A DNA stretch of 64,000 bases from the NCBI RefSeq assembly GCF_009914755.1, contig NC_060942.1; one strand, 5' to 3'. Every line of letters starts with the position of its first letter. Position 1 is the stretch's first letter. Positions 13,808 to 27,728 of the stretch are shown here, one piece after another. The stretch comes from the human T2T-CHM13v2.0 reference genome, Homo sapiens. The notes under the pieces are model-generated. The model searched no databases, was not told the origin of the DNA, and worked only from the letters and a program-made list of their open reading frames with translations. Position numbers and translations under genes: made by a program.

Positions 13808-14341
13808 GTGAAAGCAAAAATTGCACAGGACAGTTTAACAGGTAAGGAAGATTTTATTCAAGGCTGTTGCAATAGGAGAGAGAAACGAGACTCAGTCCAA
13901 ACTCACCTTGGCTAAAGCAAAGGGCTGCAGAGTTTTTATGAGCTAGGATGGAGGGTGGGGATCATAGGCCAGTTGTGTTTGATGATTGGCTTTAACCAAT
14001 AGGAAAGTAAATGTTCTTGTATCATCATGACAGGGGATAGTTTTACAACCTGGAAAAAGGCTCCTGCTGAAGTTAGGCTCTTATCCTTCTACAGAAACTG
14101 GGAGGTATTGGTTCTGTCTTCCTTGATGGTAAAATTTCATAGAGATGGCTTTGGGGCCCTTGAGGAAGACATTCCTTGGTAATAAAAGTGTCAAGAGGAT
14201 TTTTAAAAGATTTACATATTAAAAGGGCAGAAAAAAGATTTACAATGACGAATTTTCTAAAGAGAGGTCAGGGGCCTAAAATTAGAAAGAAACCTGTTTA
14301 AATTTACTCAAGCTAAAAGAAACATAAGGTCTTCTTGGTCA
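13808..14341 (-). mobile_element. ERV1-class solo LTR (MER31/MER67-like)
   Basis: TG...CA ends; gtttaacaggtaaggaagattttattcaagg..gcaatagg is typical of antisense MER31/67 LTRs, with the poly(A) signal on the - strand. Confidence 0.55.
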
Positions 14342-14524
14342 TAACCCAGGGAAATAAGAAAATAGAAACGACAGAATGCAGTTGTTCATAATAAAGGGGA
14401 TGTATTTTGCTTTGGAAAGTTCTTGGGGAGTCATTATATTTAAATGTACAGAATTATTCCTGCTTTTAAACCTCATCCAAGGTTGTAGATCAGGTTTAAG
14501 GTTCTGGGTAGTATGTTTATTTAG

Positions 14525-14833
<309 letters not shown>

Positions 14834-15815
14834 TAACATAAAATTATTGTAAGGGAAAAGTTATAAATGAGGGTTATTTTCCCATAGGTATGGTCTCACT
14901 CAAGCCCATTTACTTAGGAAAAAAGATTTACATTTATTTGTTCAAGAAGTAGGGAAAAGCTACAGATATTGAAAGCTACAAAATATACTTTCATTTGAAA
15001 AACAGCTAGAATCTCCAGAGAAAGAAATACTCTTAATGAAGACAGTCATAGAACTTTTGAACAAAATCAAAATTAAACATAAGACATTAAGTATATAGAC
15101 ATGCACATATACACATACACTATCCAGCCCTGATAGTGTCATGCTACCATTAAAGAGAACAGAATGGAGAAATTTAGAAGAATTTAACTTGGATCAATTC
15201 CTGAAACATTAACAACATTGTTGGCTAAAGGTGCGAGATATATAAGGAGGTCATTGAACTTAACGAGTATGTATTTGGCTATAAACCAGAAGCAAAGCTA
15301 TATTAATGAAGAAAAATGAAGTGCAATGATTTTATTAAATGAATTCAGTAATTAACTTGTTTTAATATTGAAAAGGCTACAAATGGCAAGGGAAATTTTG
15401 AGACTCCACTATTCGTGATAGTCATATTTTTTAATCCAACAACAGAATTTGCCAAAGACAACAACCTAGGTGCCAGAGCAGAACAAAGATGAGAAACACG
15501 TACTCTTTACTTTCCATTTGCTTATAATCTAGCAGGAAATAATGCTTCTAATAACAGCATAATAGTAATACAGCAAGTATTTATACAGTGATTATTTTGT
15601 GTCAGTCACTGTTCTAGGTGCTATTTATTTCTCAATAATTTACAAAAACCTCATGAGGTTGATGAGGTCAGCAAGGGCTTATACGTGATAACATCATACA
15701 GTTGATGGATATATATGACCATGAGTTCATGTAGTATCTGTGCTCTTTAAACATGGGCTTTTTGGACTTTTACTAGAACTCTTTGCTATTTAGTTTTCAC
15801 ATGTATTAATAATAT

Positions 15816-16165
15816 TGTCTTAGTCCGTTTGGGCTACTATAACAGAAATATATGCTGGATGTTTAAACAGCCAATATTTATTTCTCACAGCTGTGGAGGC
15901 TGAGAAGTCCAAAGTCAAGATTTGGCATCTGACGAGGGCCCTCTTTCTGGTTCATACACAGCCATATCCTGTGTCCTCTCATGGCAGAAGGGGTGAGGGA
16001 GCTCTCTGAGGTCTCATTTATAAGGGCCCACTAATACCACTCATGAGGGATCCACACTCAAAAGCTAATTAAATCCCACAGGTCCCACCTCCTAATGGCA
16101 TCACCTTGGGGGTTAGGATTTGAACATATGAATTTTTGTGGTGGTTGGGGGGCGGACACAAATAT
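15816..16165 (-). mobile_element. MaLR LTR, MLT1A/A0-like
   Basis: tgtcttagtccgtttgggctactataaca...tttatttctcacag..ggaggct...ttggggttaggattt..acatatgaattt. Confidence 0.8.
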
Positions 16166-16488
16166 AAAATGCAAAAGAAACACTAATCTTACATTTTTTA
16201 AAATGCATGTTAAAGATATGTGTGTACAACTCTTTGTAGTTAGCTCTTAATGTAAAAAAGTTTTATTACATGGGTAAGGCGTTTATGGAAATGCTTATTA
16301 AGAAGGTGATAGTCTCTAGAAGATTTCTCTGAGAGGAATGATAAAGTTGTGTGAGAAAGAAATGCAATTTTTGAATCATCTGAGAAAGAAGGAGCAGCAG
16401 GTGATATATACTAGAAGAGAAAAAGTGTGCTGGATGCTGATCACTGAAGGCCATGAATGTTAGCCTTACCATATTGGGCTCCTTAGAT

Positions 16489-16759
16489 CAGAGATTGGCA
16501 AACAACTGCCTGCCTGTTTTAGCCTGGCCCTTGAGGTAAAGATGGTTTTACATTTTTAAATGATTGGAAAAACTCAAAACAAGAAAAATGTGTTATGATA
16601 CATGAAAACCATACAGAATTTAAAATCTGAGTTACCTATCAAAAATTATTATTTGCAAACAATCATATTTATTCATTTTCATGTGGCAGAGAATGTACTC
16701 CCTGCCAAGTCTAGTAGTCACTAATATTTATACTTCACAAAAATGTTTGCAGACCCTTG
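16489..16759 (+). mobile_element. MER58 (hAT-Charlie, MER58B-like)
   Basis: TIRs cagagattggcaaac / gtttgcagacccttg; internal atggttttacatttttaaatg.ttgg; flanks ccttagat and ccttacac are a degenerate 8-bp TSD. Confidence 0.7.
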
Positions 16760-17072
16760 CCTTACACAGAATTCTTTTTATTTAATCCTAATTTAATTAT
16801 CCTTGATGACAATAAATTTAAAGACTATTTTTGTACTTTGGAAACTAATACACCAAAAAAGCTGCTTCTCTCTTTTAGTGTCTCTAACACAGATGTCACT
16901 TGATGTATGAAAAAGTATCTGCTAGTCTGTATGTCCCCTATTTGATTCCAGACTTGAAGTGGTGAAGCCACAGAGTCATTCTGGGAACCCTAGAGATGCT
17001 AAAAGAGAAGCAGCGCTTTTTTTTTTTAACCCTGGTTAAATTTCCAATTATGTAAGTATGCACTTATATGTA

Positions 17073-17428
17073 TGATATGTTTGGCTGTGTCCCCACCCAA
17101 ATCTCATCTTGAATTGTAGCTCCCATGATTTCCATGTGTTGTGGGAAGGAACCAGTGGGAGATAATTGAATCATGGAGGTGGTTCCCCCCCATACTGCTC
17201 TTGTGGTAGTGAATATGTCTCATGAGATCTGATGGTTTTATAAGGGGGAGTTTCACTGCACAAGCTCTTCTCTTGTCTGCCACCACGTGAGATGTGCCTT
17301 TCACCTTCTGTCATGGTTGTGAGACCTCCCCAGCCACGTGGAACTGTGAGTCCATTAAACCTCTTTCTTTTGTAAATTGCCCAATCTTGGGTATGTCTTT
17401 ATCAGCAGTGAGAAAACGAACTAGTACA
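17073..17428 (+). mobile_element. THE1 (MaLR) solo LTR
   Basis: tgatatgtttggctgtgtccccacccaaatctcatcttgaattgtagctccc...actagtaca; perfect 5-bp TSD ATGTA at 17068-17072 and 17429-17433. Confidence 0.92.
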
Positions 17429-18309
17429 ATGTACTTCCAAACATCGAGATAATTTATTTAGAAATTACTTTTATTTTTTTCTATTTCCTTATTTGGTGTC
17501 TTTTCTTAATTGTTATTTTTCAAGTATAATCTTAATAATTAATTCTAATAGTTATGGACTATATTACATATCTAGAAATCAACAATGAGAAGTCATATAA
17601 AAAGTAAATTTTACTGTAAAAATTTAATTTTTTTATTCAAATGCTTAACAGTCTTATCACATCTTTGAAAACTAGATCCTGGCATATTTTGATATACTCT
17701 GAAAATAATTTTGTGAAGCAATTCCTTTTGTCTGTAATCTTGATTCATAGACTTTCATATGAATTCTTTTATTGCTTTATTTTCATAATAGCTTTTAGGC
17801 AACCAATCATCATGCATAATAGTGTGTTTTTTCATGACTTTTTAGCATCCAGATGTCTATACCTCATGTTGCTCCTTTTAGATACATTTAAAAAAACAAG
17901 TTGCTGTAAAAAATTGCATTCATTTCTGCAGTACATTTTAAATTATTCTTTCATAAGGGAGACAAACTTTTACTTGAATACAGAAATACTTGGTATGCCT
18001 TTTGCTAATGTGAAAACCTGAATAAATAACTTAAAGGTTGTGGTTTTGCATTGATTTGAAAGGAGCTGACAAATCGGATTTCTAAGTATATTCTTTTACA
18101 TATAGACACATCATATTTGAAAATAAGATTTCTCTTATAGTTAGTAATTTTTATAAAGAATATAAGAACAAACTGAGGTTATTATCTAAACTGCGAGTAT
18201 GTTTTGGTTTCTCAGTAGATGCTTTTAGGTAAATGAGAATGCTTCAAGTGTCCCCAACATAAAGGTTGGAATTTATAGATAGGCCCAAGAAAATTTTATG
18301 AGTAGGTCA

Positions 18310-18482
18310 GGTTTCTTAAGAGAGGATTTGCTTCAGAATCACTTGACGAGCCTTCTAAAAATATATCTGCCTGTACCTCGTCCTGCACCTGCTGAATCAG
18401 AATCCATTGGAAGGGGCCACACATATTTTAGAAGGGTCTCTGGTGGGTTCTCATTCTCACCTTTTTTTGACCACCGTTGGAC
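18310..18482. mobile_element. MER5-like hAT fossil
   Basis: tcagaatcac...acctgctgaatcagaatc core. Confidence 0.5.
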
Positions 18483-20430
18483 AAGACCGACTCTTAGATA
18501 ATAAACAAACAAAAAATGTTAGCCTCATAAAAATATTACTGAGTTTGTTAATACAATGTTGTCATGGCAGTATTTTCTATGTGTCCCAACATTTTTATGT
18601 AAAACCTGAGATAAAAATTAAAACTTTTTTGTTCTGCAGCAATTCTAGAAAGTGTTTCTGTGCTCAAGAAAAACAATATACTTGACTGTTATTTCTTCCC
18701 TTATCTCTCATTTTAACCAGCAGGATTCTTTGGGTCAGATGTATAGTTCAATTTTCAGCCTCTTGTACACTGAATATCTGTGTTCTAATTTTTTTGTTGT
18801 TGTGTTGATTCAAGAAAAGGAGGCTCAAGAATTTATTGAGACTCCCCTATGTATAAAAAGCATTTTAGGTACTGGGAATAATAGTGATGAACAAAATGAT
18901 CAGGGCTTCAAATCTAGTGGCTAAGAGAGATATTAAATAAGCATTTTAGTAAGTCCTGTCTGGTCTAGATATTGTAAGCCTATTTTGTATATTGATTTAT
19001 ATATATATATGTGTATATTTTCCTTTTGCTTACTCGGAGATAAGCTGTGGGATCTCTTTAATATTTGTGTGCAAACATATATATACACATATGTAATGTG
19101 TATACATATATTTATATATATAATGTGTATATGTGTGTATATATGTGTTATATTTTATGTAGCAAAGTGAATATGCACTGTACACAGTATGGGATATATT
19201 ATATACAGTATAGTATGTGTATATACATCCTATTGTATACTTATATAACTATTGTTTTATTTATTTTGGTTATTACCTCCTTTGTGGGATAAGTCGGAAT
19301 AAATGCGTGCCTGCATACATATACACACGTATGCCCAAACATACAGTGAATGAATCTGAATTACAATTCTTAGTATTACATATTAGCTCACATTTCATAA
19401 TGCCTTATTCTTATATACTGACAACTAAGTGAAGTATGTATTATATTTTTCAGTATTCCTGTAAAGTTTTTTTTTTTTTCCACTGTTTTTAATTCTTTTT
19501 GTTTTACATCATTAAATGTAAAAAGAATTTGGGGACAGTTTTGCAAGTGGTAAGACTGAAATTGAAAGTCATAAAAAGCTGTTACTTTCTGTATCCATTG
19601 AAGAAAAAGAAGCATGTTATTGTCACAAACAACGTCTACATGTTGTGTATATGATTTTTATTTTTCAAAGATGGTGCTCTGCTACTGCAACTAGTTTAAT
19701 TGTCCTTACAACCTTTTTCAGCTCTCATGCGGTTTGAGTTGGTCACTAATTTTTGGGAAAATTGTAGCATGTAAATCCTCTTGGAAAATTAGATACAATG
19801 TAAAGATTCTGAGATATAACTGTTAACCTCCTAAAATAGAGATCTAGTATATTTTGATGGAGGAATAGTGAAGGCAGACATGATGGGTGCTTCATGGAGA
19901 AGAACTGGCCATGTTTGCAGATTGAACAACCTCAGGATGGCACACTTGCCCCTGCAGCCACACTTTGAGTGCCCTGAAAGCTCAGAATCCTAATTAAGTC
20001 CCCCAAATCACTGACCTTTTAAATGAGAAATTCAATAGAAAGTAATGCTTTTCTTAATTTTTAAAGTGCACCCTGGGTAGTACAGTTAAGTTACATGGTT
20101 GAAGAATATTACATTGACAGTCCCTGTTGGAAAAAAAATAAATTTGACCAGTTTTTCTTTCAAATCGTATTCCAAAGACTGGCATCTGTCTGTCTGTGCA
20201 GCATATAGCAGCAGAGTGGATGAAGTTGATTCAAAAGCACTAACCATTGTTTGTGAGCCAGGAAAGCAACAAGAAATCTGATTGGCATTGTTATTTATTA
20301 TTTTTGGATGCTGATGGTGCATTTACATGACAGAGTCCTTCCTAAGCTTATTGACATTCATAAATGAAAAGGCTCTGCTTTGCTGACTGTTTAACCGGTA
20401 ATTTAATTTTCCTAACGACTTTCTTTACAG

Positions 20431-20684
20431 GAGCTGGATTTTGAAGCCAAAACAAGTTACACGCTACGGATAGAAGCTGCAAATAAAGATGCCGACCCTC
20501 GCTTTCTGAGCTTGGGTCCGTTCAGTGACACGACAACTGTGAAGATAATTGTGGAAGATGTAGATGAGCCCCCTGTGTTCTCTTCACCCTTGTACCCTAT
20601 GGAGGTGTCGGAAGCTACCCAGGTTGGGAATATCATTGGCACTGTAGCAGCTCATGACCCAGATTCTTCCAATAGCCCTGTGAG
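20431..20684 (+). CDS. CDH7: Cadherin-7 coding exon (probably exon 7), EC3/EC4
   Basis: Branch-like cctaac, then ttctttacag|GAG; donor GAG|gtaaaa; 254 bp. Encodes [50 protein letters not shown]...[12 protein letters not shown] (LDFE and DxDEPP calcium-binding motifs). Not in the ORF track on this strand. Confidence 0.97.
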
Positions 20685-22408
20685 GTAAAAACTCATTGTT
20701 GTCCTTTTCTATGGTTTTACAAACAATGCATTCTTGTTCACAACTCTTATTTTACGCTCTGATGTTCCTTTGTTCATAACAAATAAAAACCAGATTTATA
20801 TATATATATATATATATATATCGAGTTATAACAGCAGAGGTAAAACAGCATTAGAAACATACATTTTACTAACTCAAAAATATCATCTGATTATCAAGGC
20901 CATTATCGTTGAGCCATATTTTTAGGCCTCCATTACTATCCACAAGCCATAGCTGATGTTTCTATTCAACCAATTATCCTGAATCTCTTTTAAAGCAAAA
21001 CATGTTCAAAAATGAAGCAATGCATGTTTAAGTTGTAGGATACATGCATATGTTAGAAAAATAATTGTATCAACAATTCAAATTAGGGACTAATTTCTAA
21101 ACAAATCATTTTATTGATATTGGTCTACTTGAACAGTATATATTTGTTCAGTTTAATATTTCCACTTAATTTTTTTAAAAAAACTAGCTACATATAAAGA
21201 CTATTAAAAATATCTTTTCAGTAGTCTTGTATCTAGGCTAGATATTGTTATAGCCAAGTAATATCTTTAAGACTGACACAATGGTGATATGTAAGCATTT
21301 CAAAATATGTCAACATTACATTTTGCACTTTTTAGCAAATTTATAGTATGAGATCTACATGTTTTTGTGTGTATGCATGTGTTTATGTGTTTGTGTGAGA
21401 CTTATTTTTTTGAGGTAACATTATAAATAGAATATACTTGAAATAAAATGGCTGTTGTATTATATGTCTTATTTGGGTTTGTAAGTAAAATACTTCACTT
21501 TTCAACATAAAGGTTTGATTTTGATTACAAAGACTATAACGTAAAAATAAATAAAACAACAATGATTGTTTTATGTTCAGATATGTTCAATTAGAAACTA
21601 TCCACAGACTTTTAGATTTAAATAATATTTAACAATGGTAAGTGCTTTTGAACTAACTTTTGAGATAAGTCTGGACGTTGGCTCTAAATTGTCATGAAAA
21701 TTACTTAATATTTATTGATTTTAAAAAGCCGATAATGTTGTTTCTTTCTAAAGTAATAAAGTGATTATGTACATTTATACACATACACACATATTTTAAA
21801 GTAGTATATATACATACATATATGTATATGTGTATATATATGTATATATATACATACACACATATATATAGAACTAGTAAAGGATTGGTATAGAAAAATA
21901 GTTATTTAAAAAGTGAAATCATATGTATTATGTGCTTATCTAGGCAGCAAATTCAGAATGTATTGATGATTATACTGTTTTTAATGTGGTGATAATAGAC
22001 CATTTCCGAGAGTATAATCTGTGCACAAGAATATTTATGAATCACAAATATAGCAGATAGAATAAGCCTTCCCCTCTTCTCTGTAATTGCCCTGCCTTCA
22101 TGGTCAAGAAAACTTTCTGACTGCAGTTCAGCCCCACATACCAAGTTATATTAATTGGGGCAAACATGAGTTTGAGTTTTGTTATAGCATTCCATCTCTT
22201 AGTGAAACCTTAAATCTCTTGCCCTCATGAACAATCAACCACAGTACAATTACTGGCATAGATTAGCTACTTAGGACAATTTGGTTTCTGCTTGAATCAT
22301 TTAATTTAATGGAAAGAAAGAGAGACATGCTTTCATAAAGTTGGAGATATGGAGAGTGACCGAAAGACATTACTATATATCATAATTTACTACTAAAATG
22401 AATGATGG

Positions 22409-22590
22409 AGCCAGGTGGGGTGACAAATGCCTGTAGTTCTAGCAACTTGGGAGGCTGAAACAGGAGGATCACTTGAGACCAGGAGTTCTAGACTGCAGTG
22501 AGCTACAATTGCACTTGTAAATAACCACTGCACTCCAGCCTAGACAACATAGTGAGACCCCTGTCTCTAAAATAAATAAGTGAATAAGTA
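22409..22590 (+). mobile_element. FAM (fossil Alu monomer)
   Basis: Single monomer retaining the 7SL-like gtaaataaccactgcactccagcct..caacatagtgagaccc segment; flanked by a degenerate taaaatgaa repeat. Confidence 0.75.
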
Positions 22591-25500
22591 AAATGAAAGG
22601 ATTTAAGAATATTTTCATTGATTGCATTGATATTTTTATCCTGTTTAAATTATTCTATTACCCACTCCCTTGTTGTCATTCTGTTGAAGCCTTTCATAGA
22701 AAATATTTCACTTTTTATAATATTTTCATTGGAAAAAAGTCAATATTATTATATAATAATTTTAGGAAGAAGAAGGAATAGTTGGCCCAAATGGGAGGTG
22801 ACTTGAGAAAGAGCAAGTAGTGACTAGAGAGAGATGAAGTGAGCTCCACTTCTGTTCTCTGAAGCACAGAGGTCAAAGGCAGAACTTCTGATTTTGGAAG
22901 TAAAAATCTCTGTGGTCTTTATCAGTGAAAGAGTACCTACCCAGCACCATATTTTTTACCCCACTTTCATTTCCTTAAAAGTAATGACGGTGACCTGAAA
23001 GTTCAGGTTTCTATTAGCTTACATCGTTATCTCACAAATAGAGAAATAGATAGACTTTGTCCCCAGTGAATTAAAATTTTATTTTGTATATATGAATATT
23101 TCTTTTGCATTTGTAGAATTAATTTCTTGAGTCATGTTTAATACTTACATACTTGAAAGTTTTTACACGATTTTCATAAGGTCAGCACAATTATTTATAC
23201 CTTTTTATTCTGCATTTGTCTCTCACATACTTCTCTTCCTCTATCCATTTATATAATATCCCTTAAGAGGCCAGTCTCCTTATTTTATAATTTGTTGCAT
23301 ATGCATTACTCTCACGCATTCTCTGGAAGACTGGTTCCCTTCCCAGCACTGCTGTTTGTGGAATGGCCTCGGAGATGTCACCTTGTCTTCTGTGTTTTTG
23401 TATTAGCCAGCAAAAAGGAAAAGTAGCTGATGCTTTATCCCAAGCTTTTCTGATGATTGAATAAGAGCGAGAAAGTAAATGAAGCTTTTAAACTGTGAAT
23501 CATGACTTGAATATTACCATGTATTATCATTATGTATTGCTATTATTATAGGTTATTGTGTTTCCATGCCATTTTAATTCTGAGATTAATGAAGTCAGTA
23601 AAAGAGACATAGCATTTTATATGCAACCATATTGACAATCTATATTGCAGGTTGTCTTGTACTCATACTCACGCGTATTCCAATAGATATAACATATTGT
23701 ATGGCTTTTTGATGAATATAAGCATGTATTTGCATTAGGCACTCCAGTAACTATCAAAATGTAAATCCTGTCTCATATGTTTAACATAATAAAACATATG
23801 TTAATGGATGAATAAATAGCAGTCTTCTGAGGTACTAGGAAAAGTGAATCTCCACATTGAGATGGGACATGAGGAGTCTTAACAATTGTGACCTTTGTGC
23901 TTTACACCTTTAGCAATATTGTAGTTCTTTGAGGAATGGAAAAGCATTATTTGTTTTGTTGTAATTGTTTAAAATTAGACCAGTAGGGTTTGACTTGTAA
24001 AACAGTGTGGCCAATGGGATGATTAGTTTTGAATTTATTGACATTCTCTGTTGTATAATACTGAAATCTAGCATATGTCATTTATGTTTGTAGTATTTTC
24101 TGATATATGAGGCAATAAATTAGAATTCTAGAAAAATATACATTTAGTTGCCCCCAGCAAGGCGAAGTTGATATTGTCTTCCTACATGATCCCTGCCTTG
24201 CACAGCATTTTAAAATTTCTACCTACTTTACTGAAGTACCACCCAAAGGCTATGCATAACTCTTCTCTATGAATCTGCTTTTTCCTTAGAGAAAGACTGG
24301 GGCACCTATATGACTATTGGAACCTGGTCATTCTTGACGTTTACAAGTGTAGTCATCATAGATGGAAAGATTAAAAAAACCCAAACCCCAGTAACTGGCC
24401 AGAACATAACACGATTGTGAATGTTAGGTCTTTTTTATACTTTACCCAATATCCAGATAGCTTATCTAGACCACCATTTCATGTACACTGTACTGTCCTT
24501 TTGTGGCAGGGAGTGGTATGTGGAAATAAAACCATACGTAAACTAAAATTGCAGTCAAAGCCAAGGGTAGAAGTTAGTTGACACTTGAGATTACTTAGAG
24601 GGAAAAAAAACGATTTTTTTTTTAAAGAAAAATGGGTAATTGAGGGCAAGCACGTTTCCGGCTTGTTATTTGATAAGTAGCTGTTTATCATATCATGTAA
24701 ATTTTGGCCCTAAGTACTCAATATCGGGCTTTATCTATTGAACTTGGAAGGACAGATTGTGGTCTGCTGATTCTGGTCACGTTTCTGAGTGATAGAAACT
24801 TCACTTCTGTGTTTCTCATCCAAGATGGTAAAAGATGTAAGAACAGCCTAGAGTCTAGAGGATTTGACTCATTTCTCATGTCAGCATTGGCAGACTGATC
24901 AATGACTGAACAGGCATTCATTAAAAACCTGTGTTATGCAAGCACTGGGGAAAATGCTAATGAGAAAACAAAGATAAATAAAACATTTCCTCTGACCTCA
25001 AGGAACTTACAATCTGGATGAAGTAATAAGAGCTCATAAAAGTTAAACAATATGGGGAAAAATATGCCAGCACTGTAATATGGCAAATTGTAAGATAAAT
25101 AATCAGCACTCCAAGTTCACTGGCTGTGAGATTTCATTTGAAGGAGTGGTAGTGTAAGTAGGGCTTCAAGAGATGGCAAGATTTGGGCAAGCCAAGAAAA
25201 CATCATGCAAAGTACATTTATGTTTTATTTGGTTATATCCTAAAAGGCTAGTACTAAATTATGAAATCAGCAAGTTCATTTCTGTAGGCATCACAGCAAG
25301 CCCAAAGTTCCTATACTAAAAATGGCCAATGAAATAGAACATGATATTATTACAAATAAGATCAGATATGAAGACAGGAAAACAAAAAGTAATACGCATC
25401 ATTTTAAGCATTTCTAATAATCTAAATATAGAAATATGTTTATATTTATGTTAAAGGATACTTGGATAATATTTACCCGTGGCTTTTTCAGCATTCCTAG

Positions 25501-25973
25501 TATTGTATATCCTCACATAAAAAGTGATAATATTATGTTGGAAATTACTTTATGTGATGGATTAGTGTGAACATATTTGGGGTGTTTGAATAATTCAGTG
25601 TGTATTTTTTAAGTAGCTTGTATTCATTCATATATGTGCACATATGAAATCTAAATTATTTGTGAATATCTATTTTATTCTAAGAAAATTAGCAAACCAA
25701 CCAGTAACATAACATACAGAAAAATAATACTAGCAATAAAACTGATTAACTTAAAAAGTAGCAGATATTATATCTCTGAGAAGACTATAAGCTGTACTCT
25801 ATTTCAAAATGCTGCTCATTTTAGCATAACTACCACTAAAAATGAAAAAAAGAAAGTATATGTTCATGTATGGTGAAAACATAGCGTGTTTTCATTAGAG
25901 TAGTGTACTTACTATCCAGAGATAATTTTTGTAGGTTAAATTTTGCAGGAAATGCCTAATTTATTTTAGCCTT

Positions 25974-26346
25974 TCCTTTTTCTTTCCTTTTTCTTTTCTT
26001 TTCTTTTCTTTTCTTTTCTTTTCTTTTCTTTTCTTTTCTTTTCTTTTCTTTTCTTTTCTTTCTTTTCTTTCCTTTTCTTTTCTTTTGCCTGGCTGGAGTG
26101 CAGTGGTGTGATCTCGGTTCACTGCAATTTCTGCCTCCCAAGTTCAAGCAATTCTTCTGCCCCTGCCTCCCGAGTAGCTGGCATTACAGGCATCCGCCAC
26201 CACACCTGGCTAATTTTTGTATTGTTAGTAGAGACAGGGTCTCACCATGTTGGCCAGGCTTGCCTCGAACTCCTGACCTCAGGTGATCCATCTGCCTCAG
26301 CCTCCCAAAGTGCTGGGATTACAGGTATGAGCCACCACCCCCGGCC
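25974..26346 (-). mobile_element. AluSx-like element with a (CTTTT)n-expanded tail
   Basis: Pentamer array at ~25974-26086, then antisense Alu ending ccggcc. Confidence 0.92.
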
Positions 26347-26515
26347 CATTTTTTCATGTTTTATTCTATTGCTCTAGAATTACAAAGCTCTGCTGTCAGC
26401 AAAGACTTTCTTAGTTACCTTTTTGGAAGACTCCAGGTAAAATAAATTCACTGAAAATTACATTTGTTCTGATTTGTTTCTTACAGTATTTTTCATATCT
26501 AAAATACTTATTGAG

Positions 26516-26835
<320 letters not shown>

Positions 26836-27424
26836 TTATTGAAAAGTCACATTAATAAAGGAATACAAAAATTCAATGTTCTTGGTGTAAATCATAGAGA
26901 ATTATTCATGGGGTTACAAAGTTAGGGAATATTACTTTTTATCATGTACTATCCTCTTAACATTCTTTAATTATAATCAACAGTAATTGGCCACAGTTCA
27001 TTTTTTAAAAAAGAAGTTTATTGAAATAATTGGGTATAGCTCAAAGAAAGAAAGGAAAAAACTGAATGGCCAATCTTCAGAAAAGAGAGGAGTAGGGTTC
27101 CTCTGTAAATACATGTAGCGAGGGTAGCAGGCTCTTCAGAACGTGGCAACTGTGATGAATCAGCTGCAACTCTTCTTGCAGCTGTCTGTTTAAGATTCAC
27201 ATTCCCTGCAGAGGTTTTATTATTATTATTATTATTATTATTCATATCTTGATATATGTGGCCGTCTCTTCTCCAAAACATTCTGGACATCTTGAGTGCC
27301 ATCAAGATTGCATATGAGATTTGAAAAAGTATAAAACCCTAAAGGAAAATTGTGTTGACATAATCAGAAGAGGGGTGAGGATACAGGCAAGGTGTCTGCT
27401 ATCATTAAGCTCAGAAATCAATAG

Positions 27425-27728
<304 letters not shown>

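Noticed and set aside
20457-20642. Antisense ORFs over coding exons (also 56603-56918)
   Set aside because: Expected shadow of the sense coding frame; no independent support.
22409-22590. 7SL RNA gene or pseudogene
   Set aside because: Lacks the S domain; it is a fossil Alu monomer.
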